In this document: in pieces, positions 10,007 to 20,523 of the stretch
Layout: each line of letters opens with the position of its first letter
Numbering within the stretch: the stretch's first letter is position 1
Source: an uncultured Spirochaetota bacterium
Lineage (GTDB): Bacteria > Spirochaetota > Brevinematia > Brevinematales > JAOACQ01
Assembly (NCBI GenBank): GCA_963783575.1
Contig: CAWAOD010000005.1
Span: 160,001 to 224,000, forward strand
Length of the DNA stretch: 64,000 bases
Direction: 5' to 3'
Program-made: the position numbers and the translations under genes
Notes under the pieces: model-generated
What the model saw: only the letters and a program-made list of their open reading frames with translations
Database searches by the model: none
Told to the model about the DNA's origin: nothing

Positions 10007-10017
10007 CAAATGTTAAT
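10002..10017. promoter_or_regulatory. Palindromic operator ATTAACAAATGTTAAT, probable Crp/Fnr site for the flavin oxidoreductase gene
   Basis: Near-perfect palindrome about 20 bp upstream of a TATACT -10 hexamer (10039-10044). Confidence 0.5.
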
Positions 10018-10082
10018 GTGCCTTCCATAATTTTCTGTTATACTCTTTTAAATCAAACAAAATTTAAAGGAGGATATGAATT

Positions 10083-11235
10083 ATGGACATTTTTAAAGAG
10101 ACATCGATCGCCGGGATCAAATTGAAAAACCGGATCATCCGGTCGGCAACCCATGAATACTTTAATAAACCAGTACCGGAATTGAAGGAAATTTATACCA
10201 GACTTGCTCTTGGCGGAGCCGGAGCCATAATTACGGGTTTGACTGGAATTGACCCGGAACAGATTGGGTTTCCAAAGATGCCATTGTTATACAATAAGGA
10301 AGAACGTAATGAATGGAAGAGTTTTTTGAAGGATCTTGCGCCGTACAAAACCCCAATTATCCTGCAACTGACCCATAGCGGGGGAAAATCGATAGGAAAA
10401 AATGGAAAATCACCTTCTCCTTATAAGTATTATTTTAAGGAAAGTGATGAGATCACGCAGGAACAGATAAAAAAGGTAATAAATGATTTTGCGATCTTCG
10501 ATCGAATTGGCAAAATCGGCCGGTTTTGACGGCGTCCAGATACAGGCTTCACACGGTTATCTGTTATCCGAATTCCTTTCTCCGCGATTGAACCGGAGGA
10601 CAGATGACTGGGGCGGAAACACTGAAAATCGCTTCAGGATCATCAGGGAAATTATTTCAGAATCCAGGAAAAGGGTCGGCGATTTTCCCTTACTTGTAAA
10701 AATTTCCGCTTATGATACGGATGAAGGAGGTATGAGGATAGAAGAATCGATAAAGATCGCAAAATTGCTGGAAGAGGCAGGATGCGATGCCTTAGAAATT
10801 TCATGCGGTAACCTCAACGGATTCGATACAATAAGATCTGAAAAACCGCCGGTCGAAATGATTTTAAATCTTCCCAATTACAGAAACCTTCCTCCTGAAA
10901 AAAAACAATTTGCCGCAATCGAAATTAATAAAAATTTTATTCAGCACGAGAGATCGAAAATTATAATGTCGAAGCCGCATCAGAAATTAAATCGTCCGTT
11001 TCCATGCCGGTCATTGTAGTGGGCGGAATCCGAAAACTTGATAAAATAAATGAAATTATTAGTATCAGGAAAAGCAGATTTCGTTTCAATGTCCAGGCCT
11101 TTCATCATTGAACCGGATATCGTCAACAGATTTAAAAACGGACAAAATAAATCATCCTGTATAAATTGCGCCTACTGCTCGCCTGGTTTAGCCGACAAAC
11201 TGAAATGTTCATATGGAAAGTTTGTGCCTGATTAA
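10083..11235 (+). pseudogene. NADH:flavin oxidoreductase (old yellow enzyme family), frameshifted into three ORFs
   Basis: LKNRIIRSAT, QLTHSG, AGFDGVQIQASHGYLLSEFLSP..NRRTDDWGG, ADFVSMSRPFI and CINCAYC are spread over ORFs 10083-10529, 10483-11019 and 11050-11235. Confidence 0.85.
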
Positions 11236-11599
11236 AAAGATGGGCTGCATAATGAAAAGGATACAATTCTGCATATATAAATCGAAAAGTAAAGCTTTTA
11301 TATGGCATCCTTGCCAATAAGTTACCTTTATTAAGCTGATCCCTGCACAAGAACAGCCGGCCAGGCTTTTTATAGAATTGAAGAAAATATTCTTTTAGTT
11401 AGTCAATCCACTATGTTAATCATAAAACTGTGCAGTTTCGTCTTGCCCGGACATATACTTATCGAAACTGCAAAATGCCGGGTTTGCTTTCAATTACGCT
11501 TTCCCCGGCATTAAATCGGTTATTTTATTCCGGCTGTTCATCTTTTACAAGGCTTTTGTAACGGCGGCAAAGGTTACATTTGATAATAGCTGAATAACT

Positions 11600-11728
11600 T
11601 AGTGGAGTCAAACTGTACTTTTTGAGAGCGGCTTGGAGGAGCGTCCCGCCGATCTGTACGGAACGAAGTTCCGGGCGAAACATGATGTGAGTTAAGGCGG
11701 GCTCAAAAAGAACAGTTTGACGGAACTA
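11600..11728. mobile_element. MITE-like element with ~27-bp terminal inverted repeats
   Basis: TAGTggaGTCAAACTGTaCTTTTTGAG ... CTCAAAAAGaACAGTTTGACggaACTA, with a GC-rich interior. Confidence 0.65.
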
Positions 11729-13112
11729 TTTTATTAAAAAGCTGTTTTTAACCTTCGTACTAATTCCGAGTTCCTTCATTTTCTTATATAAATCCTGCCG
11801 GTGAAGCCCTATCTGGCTTCCTGTCCGGGTTATATTGAAATTGTTCTGTTTCAGGTAATATATGATGAATTCCTTCTCAAATTTTGAAGATATGATTTTC
11901 TTCGCCTGCGTTATATTGGCAGGCAATGTTTTGAAATCATAATCCTCTCCGGCGGCCGTTTCATTGTCATCCCCGGTTGATCCCTTATTTTCATTTTGCA
12001 GGTCGCCGGTTTCAATCCATTCCCTTTTGCTGAAAATAACCGATTTTTCAACTGTATTTCTTAGTTCCCTGATATTTCCGGGCCATTCGTATTCCTGAAA
12101 ATAATCAAGCAATTTTTCATCAAAGCCGATGATATTTTTTTCATATTTTTTCGAAAAATCTTTCAGGAATACCTGTGCAAGCGGTTTGATTTCATCTTTT
12201 CTTTCTCGCAGTGGCGGGATGTGAATTCTTATAAGATTCAAACGGTAAAGCAAATCTTCGCGGAATTTATTATTTTCGACCTCATTTTCGATATTTTTAT
12301 TGGTAGCGGAAATAACCCTCGTTTTGATTTTGACGGGAAGACTGCCGCCGACCCTGGTAATTTCATTTTCCTGCAGGACCCTGAGGAATTTTGCCTGCAG
12401 ATCCACAGGCATTTCGGCGATTTCATCGAGAAAAATGCTTCCTTTATCGGCCGATTCAAAAAAACCGATTTTTCTTTCGCTTGCCCCGGTATATGATCCT
12501 TTCTCAGCGCCGAAAAGGGCGCTTTCTATAAGGTTTTCGGGAATGGCGGAACAGTTTACGGGAACAAAATTCCCGGTTCTTTCGGAATACTTGCTGGATC
12601 ATCTTCGCTATTACTTCTTTTCCTGTTCCGGATTCCCCTGTTAACAAAACCGGAACATCTGTTTTTGAAATGGTTTTTACCTTTTCAATTATCGAATTCA
12701 TTACGGATGAAAAAAAATAGCCGTCCTGTGGTATTGTGATCCCTGATTTTAAAATAAAACTTTCTTTGATATGGCTGACGCGGTTTAACAATTCGTCATT
12801 ATCAAAAGGTTTTTTTACATAATCATAGGCTCCGTTTTTTATCGCTGTAATCGCCAGGTTTTCATTGCCGAAGGCGGTTATGAATATGACCTGGGTCAGT
12901 GGATATTGCCGTTTAATTATTGAAAGAAGCTCAAGCCCGTTCCTGCCCTTGAGCTGGTAATCAAGGATGATTATTTCAAAAAAGTCCTTTTTTATAATTG
13001 CAAGGCATTCCTCGAACGAGTTCGCGAAGACCGTATCATAGCCGTTATGCTTCAACAATGATGAAAGCGCGATGCACAATGCCTTTTCATCATCCACTAT
13101 AAGTATTTTCAT
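11726..13112 (-). CDS. Sigma54-dependent response regulator (REC-AAA+-HTH, NtrC-like), frameshifted around 12480-12600
   Basis: REC start MKILIVDDE, Walker [37 protein letters not shown] and a Fis-type HTH. Confidence 0.88.
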
Positions 13113-14475
13113 TTTTTGCTTCACCTTTATAAAAAGATAGTTTGAATACGGTCTTATTCCTGGTGCTTCCGACAAGTTCAATATTTCCCATATGGTCGTT
13201 CATTATTTCCTTGCACACGGAAAGTCCCATGCCGGTACCGTTGTTTTTCGTGGTCCAGAACGCATCGAAAATTTTATCCTTGTCGCGGAAATCTATCCCG
13301 GTGCCGTTATCCTCTATGAAAATATTAACAAATCCAACGGTTTCATCGGAATAAACCGTGATGGTTGTGCAATCAGCTTCTATCGCATTATAAAGCAGGT
13401 TCAGGAAAATCTGGCGGACCTGGTAATTATTAAAATTTACCGTTGTATTCTTCAGCGGCTCGCTCAAAACCAGCCTTATGTTTCTCTTCTCAAAGTCGAA
13501 CATCAGCAATGTTTCAAGCGAGAGGAGCAATTGATGAACACCTATCCGGGAGACATCCTGCTTTTCATCCTTCCTGTAGGTTTTCAAAAACGATTCCGAG
13601 AGTTTTTTTATTTTCCCAAGCTCGTCTGATGTAATCTCTAGGAACTGCCTGACCTCATTTTCCTGCATTATTGAAAATCTGTCAAGCAATTGCTGGTTGA
13701 AGGATTGGATTGCAGTGACCGGGTTCTTTATTTCATGGATGAGGCTGCTAGTAAGTTTCTCAATGATCGTCTTTTTTTCATATATCTGAGTTTTTTTCAG
13801 CGTGTCAAGGTTAATGTAGTATTCATAATCCGATTCAAGCATATTTTTTTTGTAGGAAAGATAAAGTGTGAGTACCGACGCCAAAGCGAGAGAAATAGGC
13901 AAAGTGTCAAGCAGTAACATTTTGTTTTTTATAGTAAAAATAAGGTTAATGAAAACATAGGGGCTGACAGCAACTATTATTATAAAAACGAGCGGCAAAT
14001 CTTTTTTTGATTTTGCTTTTTTCCCGTCCGGTTTCACAACATAGTAGGCGAGAAGAGCAGACCAGAAGATAAGATGATAAATTACTCTGAAAAGAAGGTA
14101 CCCTTTAATAAATACCTGTCTCATAATTGTAAGGTCAATGATGAGTGAAAAAACCGGCACCAGTAATATGGTAAGGTATATTAATTTTAAAGTGTTCTTT
14201 TTATTCACGATTATATAAATGAAAGCAAAAGATGGAATGAAAAAATGGATTTTTTGGGAAAGATCAATATAGGAAAAGGCAGAGTTTTGTAAAATGCCCT
14301 GAGTGTTGTTATTGAGAGTATAAAAAAACACATAAAGAAAAACGGCGAACCAAAGCAATGCATAAATCCTTGTGGAAATAACCCTGGTTCCCATCAGGAA
14401 TATTGTTATCGAGGTGATGAAAATTATACCGCATGAAAAAATGTTTATGAATGCAATTATACTCACGTTATCCAT
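13090..14475 (-). CDS. Membrane sensor histidine kinase
   Basis: Multiple N-terminal TM helices. H-box HEIKNP, N-box NLLYNAIEA, G-boxes DNGTG and GTGMGL. Confidence 0.92.
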   Translation of the reverse strand: MDNVSIIAFINIFSCGIIFITSITIFLMGTRVISTRIYALLWFAVFLYVFFYTLNNNTQGILQNSAFSYIDLSQKIHFFIPSFAFIYIIVNKKNTLKLIYLTILLVPVFSLIIDLTIMRQVFIKGYLLFRVIYHLIFWSALLAYYVVKPDGKKAKSKKDLPLVFIIIVAVSPYVFINLIFTIKNKMLLLDTLPISLALASVLTLYLSYKKNMLESDYEYYINLDTLKKTQIYEKKTIIEKLTSSLIHEIKNPVTAIQSFNQQLLDRFSIMQENEVRQFLEITSDELGKIKKLSESFLKTYRKDEKQDVSRIGVHQLLLSLETLLMFDFEKRNIRLVLSEPLKNTTVNFNNYQVRQIFLNLLYNAIEADCTTITVYSDETVGFVNIFIEDNGTGIDFRDKDKIFDAFWTTKNNGTGMGLSVCKEIMNDHMGNIELVGSTRNKTVFKLSFYKGEAKNENTYSG

Positions 14476-14512
14476 CTCTTACCCCATTATTATAAGCCGT
14501 TTTGCTTATTAT

Positions 14513-14528
14513 GGCAATAAGCATGCCT
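14513..14528 (-). promoter_or_regulatory. Sigma54-type promoter for the kinase/regulator operon
   Basis: Minus strand reads AGGCATGCTTATTGCC, with GG(-24)/GC(-12) at canonical spacing. Confidence 0.45.
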
Positions 14529-14535
14529 TTAACTA

Positions 14536-14677
14536 AGTCGAAAGTCATATAGTCGGCAGTCGAAAGTCAGAAATTCGTCAGGAAATCAATAATAGGTGAA
14601 ATATCAAAAAACTGGCCGGCGACTCTTGACTTACTACTTTCGACTAATTTGATTGCCGGCTATATGACTGGCTGACT
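14536..14677. repeat. Short-period (~7 bp) AGTCGAA/TTCGACT inverted repeat cluster
   Basis: agtcgaaagtcatatagtcggcagtcgaaagtcag on the left. cgactcttgact..ctttcgact..tatgactggctgact on the right. Confidence 0.5.
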
Positions 14678-14760
14678 CATTTTGTCAGTAAAAAATCTTC
14701 ATTGTAGGTAAAAATCCCTCCACTTTTCCCCGATTTTTGTTAAAAATATGGGACTTTTTA

Positions 14761-14776
14761 TGGCATTAAAATTGCA
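14761..14776 (+). promoter_or_regulatory. Sigma54 promoter
   Basis: TGGCATTAAAATTGCA matches TGGCAC-N5-TTGCA. It lies next to a sigma54 activator gene. Confidence 0.75.
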
Positions 14777-14801
14777 ATTAATGTCAGTTGAAGGAGTGAA
14801 T

Positions 14802-15626
14802 ATGTTTAAAGAAGAAAGAATCATAATGTTGAAGGTTTTAGCGATACTGATCGCTGTATTTGCAATGATTGCTTCCATAACCGGAATTGTTTATCCTGAT
14901 ATTTACAAACCTATTGTATTATTTAAAGCTATGTCGTTCATATTTATCCAGGATTTAATTTCATTAATAGCGGCAGTCTTATTATTAATTTTAACTCTTG
15001 CCGGAAAAAAGGAAAATATAAAAATTGGTATTTTCCAGACAGCAATAATAGGGTATATGTTTTATGCTTATGGAATGTATGTGCTGGGAACTCTGTACAA
15101 TTATTTTTATATTTCATATCAAGCCATATTCAGCCTTTCTATTTTTTATTTCATCAACGCCTTTACCGGAATCGAATACGAAAAGCTTGACTTCGGCATG
15201 CTTAAATCTTTACGGCTTATCATCGCCGTATTTTGTGCTGTTACTCCCGTTGTGTTTGCACCCCAGTGGATAAGCCTCATTTTACAATGGGCTCATAATG
15301 GTTTGAGACCAAGCGGAGGCAATTTTAATTTCTTTGTCAGTCTCCCAATACTGGACTTATGTTTTATTATACCGGTTTTCATTTTGAGTTCGATTTTTCT
15401 ATTTCAGAAAAAAATCCTGGGGGTTATATTAAGCGGGATATTACTGATAAAATTTATCACGCTTTTCCTGGCGGTTTCATTAGGATATTTATTACAGCCG
15501 CTCTTTCAAAATGATACAAAAATGGACGTCTTTAATGCGCTTCTATACTCTATAATTGCATTTGCCTGCATAGTTTTAGGCACCTTCTATTTTATTAATA
15601 TGAAAGTAGTAAAAACGGATTCCTGA
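14802..15626 (+). CDS. Multi-pass membrane protein, hypothetical
   Basis: About 8 hydrophobic segments. RBS GAAGGAG before ATG 14802. Paralog of 16242-17060. Confidence 0.8.
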   Translation: MFKEERIIMLKVLAILIAVFAMIASITGIVYPDIYKPIVLFKAMSFIFIQDLISLIAAVLLLILTLAGKKENIKIGIFQTAIIGYMFYAYGMYVLGTLYNYFYISYQAIFSLSIFYFINAFTGIEYEKLDFGMLKSLRLIIAVFCAVTPVVFAPQWISLILQWAHNGLRPSGGNFNFFVSLPILDLCFIIPVFILSSIFLFQKKILGVILSGILLIKFITLFLAVSLGYLLQPLFQNDTKMDVFNALLYSIIAFACIVLGTFYFINMKVVKTDS

Positions 15627-15748
15627 TTTTGTAAAAAATTTCATAATTATTATGGGTTTTGAAAGGATTTAAAGATAAAATAATTCAAGAAAATTCTATC
15701 GCAGATGGTTACAAGCATTACAGCGAAAATTTTCATGGAGGTAAAATA

Positions 15749-16144
15749 ATGATAGGAGCAATCATTGCGAAGCAAGTAATCAGATCGGGGTTCGACGCCC
15801 TTAATAAAGGCAACCTGGAGAAATTCCTGAAGACATGGAGTGAAAATTGTGTCTTTATTTACCCGGGGAGGGTCAGGGCAGGCGGACAGTTTACAGGGAA
15901 ATCCCAGGTAAAAAAATGGTTTGAGGAATTCATCAAACAATTTCCTCAAAGAAAATTTACGGTAAAACATATGGGTGTTGAAAATATATTTGATATGGCA
16001 GGTAATAATACGATTTTTGCAAATTTGGATTTGGAACTTACAAATAAGGATAGACTTAATGTTATTAACAGTGCCGTTTCTGTAATCAGGATAAAAGGAT
16101 CAAAAGCTGTTAGAGTTGAAAATTATGGACGGCGACGAATATAA
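15749..16144 (+). CDS. SnoaL-like/NTF2-fold protein (3' end possibly frameshifted)
   Basis: FDALNKGNLEKFLKTWSENCVFIYPG...FTGKSQVKKWF pattern. GGAGG RBS. Confidence 0.75.
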   Translation: MIGAIIAKQVIRSGFDALNKGNLEKFLKTWSENCVFIYPGRVRAGGQFTGKSQVKKWFEEFIKQFPQRKFTVKHMGVENIFDMAGNNTIFANLDLELTNKDRLNVINSAVSVIRIKGSKAVRVENYGRRRI

Positions 16145-16241
16145 AAGAGGCTGGGGAGATATAAAATAAGGGATTTAAAATAATGCATGCGCTCTGACGG
16201 ATTCTATGTTCGAGAATTAATTTTAAAAAAGGAGAAAGACA

Positions 16242-17060
16242 ATGTTTAAAGAAGAAAAAATCACGACCCTGAAGGTTTTATCGATATCGATCGCCATATC
16301 TGCACTTGTCGCTTCCACAACAGGTATTATTTCCCCTGGAATCTATAAATCTATTGTATCGGATAAAGAAATGCCGTTTATATTTGCCCAGGATTTAATA
16401 TCATTCACAGCTGCAATACTGTTATTGGTTATAACATTTTTTGGAAAAAAGGAAAATGTGAAACTTAACATTATCAGGATAGGAATGATAGGATTTTTGT
16501 TTTATGCTTACGGGCCGTATGTTATGGGAACTCTGTATAATTACTTTTATTTTTTATATATATCCGTATTCGGCCTTTCTATTTTTTATTTTATCAACGC
16601 CTTTACCGGTATCGAATACGAAAGGTTTGACTTCAGCATACCAAATTCCCTTCGGATTATAATCGCGATATATTGCGCCATAGTTGCCGTTTTCTTTGCG
16701 CCGCAGTGGATAGCCGCCATATTGAATAATATTCATACTAATTTAAGGCCGGAGGTAAGCGGTTTTGCTTTCAGCTATTATGTTTATATGCTGGACTTGT
16801 GTTTTGTATTACCGGTTTGCGCATTGGCTTCGGTTTTTCTCTTTCAGAAGAAAACCCTGGGAGTCTTATTGGGAGGAATAATATCGATTAAAGGATTCAC
16901 GCTGATGCTGTCCGTAGCATTGGGCTTTATCTGCCTGCCGCTCTTCCATCAAAACAGCGATGCCGGCAATGTGGCTCTGTTCTCCATATTATCGTTTGTT
17001 TTCCTGGTTTTAAGCTTCTTTTACTTTTTTTATACAAAAGTAAAAAAAGCGGATGCATAA
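16242..17060 (+). CDS. Multi-pass membrane protein, paralog of 14802-15626
   Basis: Shares MFKEE, QDLIS, GTLYNYFY, FYFINAFTGIEYE and LDLCF.LPV with its paralog. Confidence 0.8.
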   Translation: MFKEEKITTLKVLSISIAISALVASTTGIISPGIYKSIVSDKEMPFIFAQDLISFTAAILLLVITFFGKKENVKLNIIRIGMIGFLFYAYGPYVMGTLYNYFYFLYISVFGLSIFYFINAFTGIEYERFDFSIPNSLRIIIAIYCAIVAVFFAPQWIAAILNNIHTNLRPEVSGFAFSYYVYMLDLCFVLPVCALASVFLFQKKTLGVLLGGIISIKGFTLMLSVALGFICLPLFHQNSDAGNVALFSILSFVFLVLSFFYFFYTKVKKADA

Positions 17061-17104
17061 ACCCAATTTTATTATACTTTAATTTATTATGACATAATAG
17101 GTAA

Positions 17105-17506
17105 TGTCAAAATTTTTACCTGCCTGGCCTGCCTACGCCGGGATCTCCGGCAGGTAGATGGAAGACAGGTGAAATAAGGGGAGATTTTAGGAAAAGAAAA
17201 AGAGGTGTTCAGGAATTTCCCCTCCTTGGAGGGGCTAGGGGTGGGTTCCCTCGATAGTTTTTAAGCAGGAAGCCATATACTCGGGAATCGGTCGTCGTGG
17301 TTCGGCAAGCTCACCAACCGAAATTTAGCATTGAAGTAAACTAAACCTGGTCCCTGAGCCTGTCGAAGGGCTATACTATCGAGATGACCCCAACCCCGGA
17401 GCCTGTACTGAGCTTGCCGAAGTGAGGGAGGGGAGGTCGTTAAACAAAGCTTTATTTGTAAATGAATTAAGAAATTATAGATTGATATAACATAAAACTT
17501 TTGACA
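17105..17506. mobile_element. MITE-like composite repeat with TGTCAAAA.TTTT / AAAACTTTTGACA ends, filled with REP-like palindromes
   Basis: Inverted ends. The left part (tacctgcctggcctgccta..gggatctccggcagg) is shared with 44148-44317. Internal ggttcggcaagctcacc and ccctgagcctgtcgaaggg. Confidence 0.6.
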
Positions 17507-17527
17507 TTATGATCACAGGAGGAAAAT

Positions 17528-17899
17528 ATGATCGGTTTTTTGAAAAAGAAAGTTCTTTTCATTGCTGTTAACGTAATTTTGTTGCTGGCTTTTACCGGCT
17601 GTAAGAAGGATATTACTATAAACAATCCCGACATGAAAACAATTATGGACGGTTCTTATACCGGTGAATATGAGGCAGGTCCCGTGAAGGTTAAGATTCT
17701 TGTAAGTGTTACAAATCACACTATTACCATGATAAAAATACTGGAACACAGGACCGGGTTCGGGAAAAAAGCTGAAAAGCTTACAAATATTATTGTGGAA
17801 AAACAGTCACTCAATGTGGATGTTATTAGCGGAGCAACGCTTTCAAGTAAGGTAATTTTAAAGGCGGTGGAAAGCGCCCTGTTGAAGGGAACAAATTAG
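17528..17899 (+). CDS. FMN-binding domain lipoprotein
   Basis: Lipobox FTGC. DGSYTGE and VDVISGATLSS (flavinylation motif). Confidence 0.88.
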   Translation: MIGFLKKKVLFIAVNVILLLAFTGCKKDITINNPDMKTIMDGSYTGEYEAGPVKVKILVSVTNHTITMIKILEHRTGFGKKAEKLTNIIVEKQSLNVDVISGATLSSKVILKAVESALLKGTN

Positions 17900-17907
17900 G
17901 AGGACAT

Positions 17908-18567
17908 ATGATACGCTTTATTATTATGATATTTTTTCTCATAATTTCGGCTTTTATATTCTTTGTCCATTCTTCGGCAAAAAATTTGATAACCCCCATT
18001 CTTTACGGAGGTATAAATGACGGTGGCATCGTGATGATAGGCAAAGTCGACGGTGTAACAGGCGCCACAAAAATGGGAGGCCATGCCGGCCTTCAGGCCG
18101 AGTTTAATTTGTGGGGTAATTATATTCAAACGGGTATTGATTATTTGTATTATGCTGAAGACATCATATATAACGATCCGAAGAACAGCATCAGCGGGAC
18201 AAGGTCATTCGCCTTACAAACGGTCTCCTTTCCGGTTACTTATAATTTACACTTTTTCAACCGGAGTAATGGGACTCCCATTTTAGTTCTGAGCCTTGGT
18301 GTTCAGGGTTCCTATTTCTTATCGCAGGATGTGCGCGATTCTGGAACCCTATCCGGCTATCAATTAAAAAATTACACTTTTGCGCCATTACTCCGCTTTT
18401 CGGTATATCCCTTTAACTTTTTGGATCAATATTCCGCCGGGGTTTATCTTAACGTATCCCGTACTTTTAAATCGCAGTTTTATTCGGATGATTATTATTC
18501 AAAAGATTTTGCTGGTGATGTTGTAACGCTGGATTTAGGGATTGCCTTGAATTATTTATTATGGTGA
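17908..18567 (+). CDS. Secreted, outer-membrane beta-barrel-like protein carrying a DGVTGAT flavinylation-like motif
   Basis: Signal peptide, alternating beta-strand pattern, terminal aromatic residue. Confidence 0.55.
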   Translation: MIRFIIMIFFLIISAFIFFVHSSAKNLITPILYGGINDGGIVMIGKVDGVTGATKMGGHAGLQAEFNLWGNYIQTGIDYLYYAEDIIYNDPKNSISGTRSFALQTVSFPVTYNLHFFNRSNGTPILVLSLGVQGSYFLSQDVRDSGTLSGYQLKNYTFAPLLRFSVYPFNFLDQYSAGVYLNVSRTFKSQFYSDDYYSKDFAGDVVTLDLGIALNYLLW

Positions 18568-18607
18568 TTGTCAATAGTCTGACAGATCGAATTATAAGGA
18601 GATTTTG

Positions 18608-19420
18608 ATGAAGCGTTACTTTTTGGTAGCAATTATTCTGATCATTTTCGGCTCAACTTACTCTGAAATAGTCAAAGAAGGATTTTATCTTAATGCGAAT
18701 TTTGACAGCTCTGTAAATCCGGTAGGAATGATGCTGGAAACAACCCTGTTTTACCGCTGGCCTTTGTTCGGAAATAAAGGGATATTGTTTGAAAATTCCA
18801 GGGTAGATACGGGAGTCATGAATTGGCTGACTCCAACGGACAATCTGGCAGGACTTTATTTAAGGTTTGAACCGATCGCTTTTTTTGATATTGCATTTGA
18901 GGGCGGTTATTATGGTATATTTGACGGCTTGAATATCGGTTTCCGGCCTATAGACAGCCCGAAAGAACCTTACGATCCAGATTCCGCAAAGAATCAGCAG
19001 CATCTCGAGCGCTCGGGGATTTGGTGGATGGTTATTCCAACGCTCAAGATGAAATTCTGGAATATTTTAGTTTCGGATTCGCTGACCTTTAATTACTTTA
19101 ATTTGTATTATTCCGGTTATTATGTGGCCATTCATACTGACTCAATCCTTCGCGGGGAGGATGTGAATTTTCTGAACAATATTTATGGGCTTTATCTATG
19201 GAACAAAAGTTTTCTAACCGGATTGAACGATTATTACCTGTTTGTGCCGAATAGCGGCTATGTTTCCCACAGATTGTCCGCAATAATTATCTACAATCCG
19301 GCAATCGGCTGGTTTGCTGATACTTATATCGTTGCCTGGGCCGGCACTTTTCTTCAAGATCATTGCTATGAGGGGAAACTTTTCTTGATGACACAACTCG
19401 GTTTTACCGTAAAACTTTAA
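18608..19420 (+). CDS. Secreted hypothetical protein, possibly a beta-barrel
   Basis: Signal peptide, AGGAG RBS, aromatic-rich strands. Confidence 0.6.
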   Translation: MKRYFLVAIILIIFGSTYSEIVKEGFYLNANFDSSVNPVGMMLETTLFYRWPLFGNKGILFENSRVDTGVMNWLTPTDNLAGLYLRFEPIAFFDIAFEGGYYGIFDGLNIGFRPIDSPKEPYDPDSAKNQQHLERSGIWWMVIPTLKMKFWNILVSDSLTFNYFNLYYSGYYVAIHTDSILRGEDVNFLNNIYGLYLWNKSFLTGLNDYYLFVPNSGYVSHRLSAIIIYNPAIGWFADTYIVAWAGTFLQDHCYEGKLFLMTQLGFTVKL

Positions 19421-19686
19421 GAAATAAGCTTAAAGCTTGATCATTTCAAGCCTTACTCCGTTCCACAAAAGCACGCTTTGAGAGAGCAATCCGTGGAGAT
19501 TTCCGTAAGACGCATGGTTTATTAAGATGAAATAATAAGAATATTTTTTATCTGCCTGTAATTAAAATTTTCCTAAAACACTTGACAAAAAGTGACTACA
19601 AGTGTAATATTAATGACTTCATATGTAGTCACCGGATAAAGGAGTCTAAGAAGATTAATAAAAAGCCTTTCAGCAGGAGGTTTCGA

Positions 19687-20481
19687 ATGAGTAAAATTAG
19701 AATAATAAGGGTAATAGCTATCTTAATTTTGACGGCTGGTGTCATATTTTCAAAATCAGCTGAAGTAATTCAGCATGTATCAAAAAGACCTGGAAACTTT
19801 TCTAAAGGAGTTTGGATTAAAAAGTACCCAAAAAATTATGCATGTTTCAAATTTGAAACTCCCGATGGATTTACAATCATTTGTGATCCTTTTGAGATGG
19901 ATGAAACAGTATCGGCGGACATTGTGACTGAAAGTCATATAGATGCGGATCACACGAATACATCAAAAATAACAGGTTTCTACAACCTATTTCGAAATCC
20001 GGGTGTATATGAAGAAAATGGAATAAAAGTAACCGGTATCGGCGGATGGCACGATAAAGCAGGCCCCGCAAATGAAACCAACACGATATTTGTTTTCGAG
20101 ATCAACGGTATTAAAATCGCCCATTTTGCTTCTCTGGGTCAGGCGCCAAGTAAGGAGATGTGGGCAAAACTTGATGCTTTTAATTGTATTGACATTTTGC
20201 TGATTCAGGTATTTTCAGACGCTCACGTTTATATCAAATTGATGGTTGGCGAAAGCTGTGAAATTATCGACAGGCTTAATCCCAAGATTGTCATTCCGGA
20301 ACATGGTACGCCGGGTATTAGTAAGAGTATTGCAGAGCACTATCATACGCAGGCTAAACATATAAACTATAACGGGTTTGTTGTTACACAGGAGATGCTG
20401 AAAAATATAAATGGTCATAGAATTTTTGACATGGATAATGGAATAATAGTTATGGATGATGGAACGATAATTACTAATTAA
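19687..20481 (+). CDS. Metallo-beta-lactamase-fold hydrolase, secreted
   Basis: ICDPF, TESHIDADH, GWHD, IAHF and IVIPEH motifs. AGGAGG RBS. Upstream TTGACA-17-TAATAT at 19582-19610. Confidence 0.75.
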   Translation: MSKIRIIRVIAILILTAGVIFSKSAEVIQHVSKRPGNFSKGVWIKKYPKNYACFKFETPDGFTIICDPFEMDETVSADIVTESHIDADHTNTSKITGFYNLFRNPGVYEENGIKVTGIGGWHDKAGPANETNTIFVFEINGIKIAHFASLGQAPSKEMWAKLDAFNCIDILLIQVFSDAHVYIKLMVGESCEIIDRLNPKIVIPEHGTPGISKSIAEHYHTQAKHINYNGFVVTQEMLKNINGHRIFDMDNGIIVMDDGTIITN

Positions 20482-20523
20482 TACCAAAAGACTAGAATAT
20501 TGCACAATAAACTGTGATAATTA

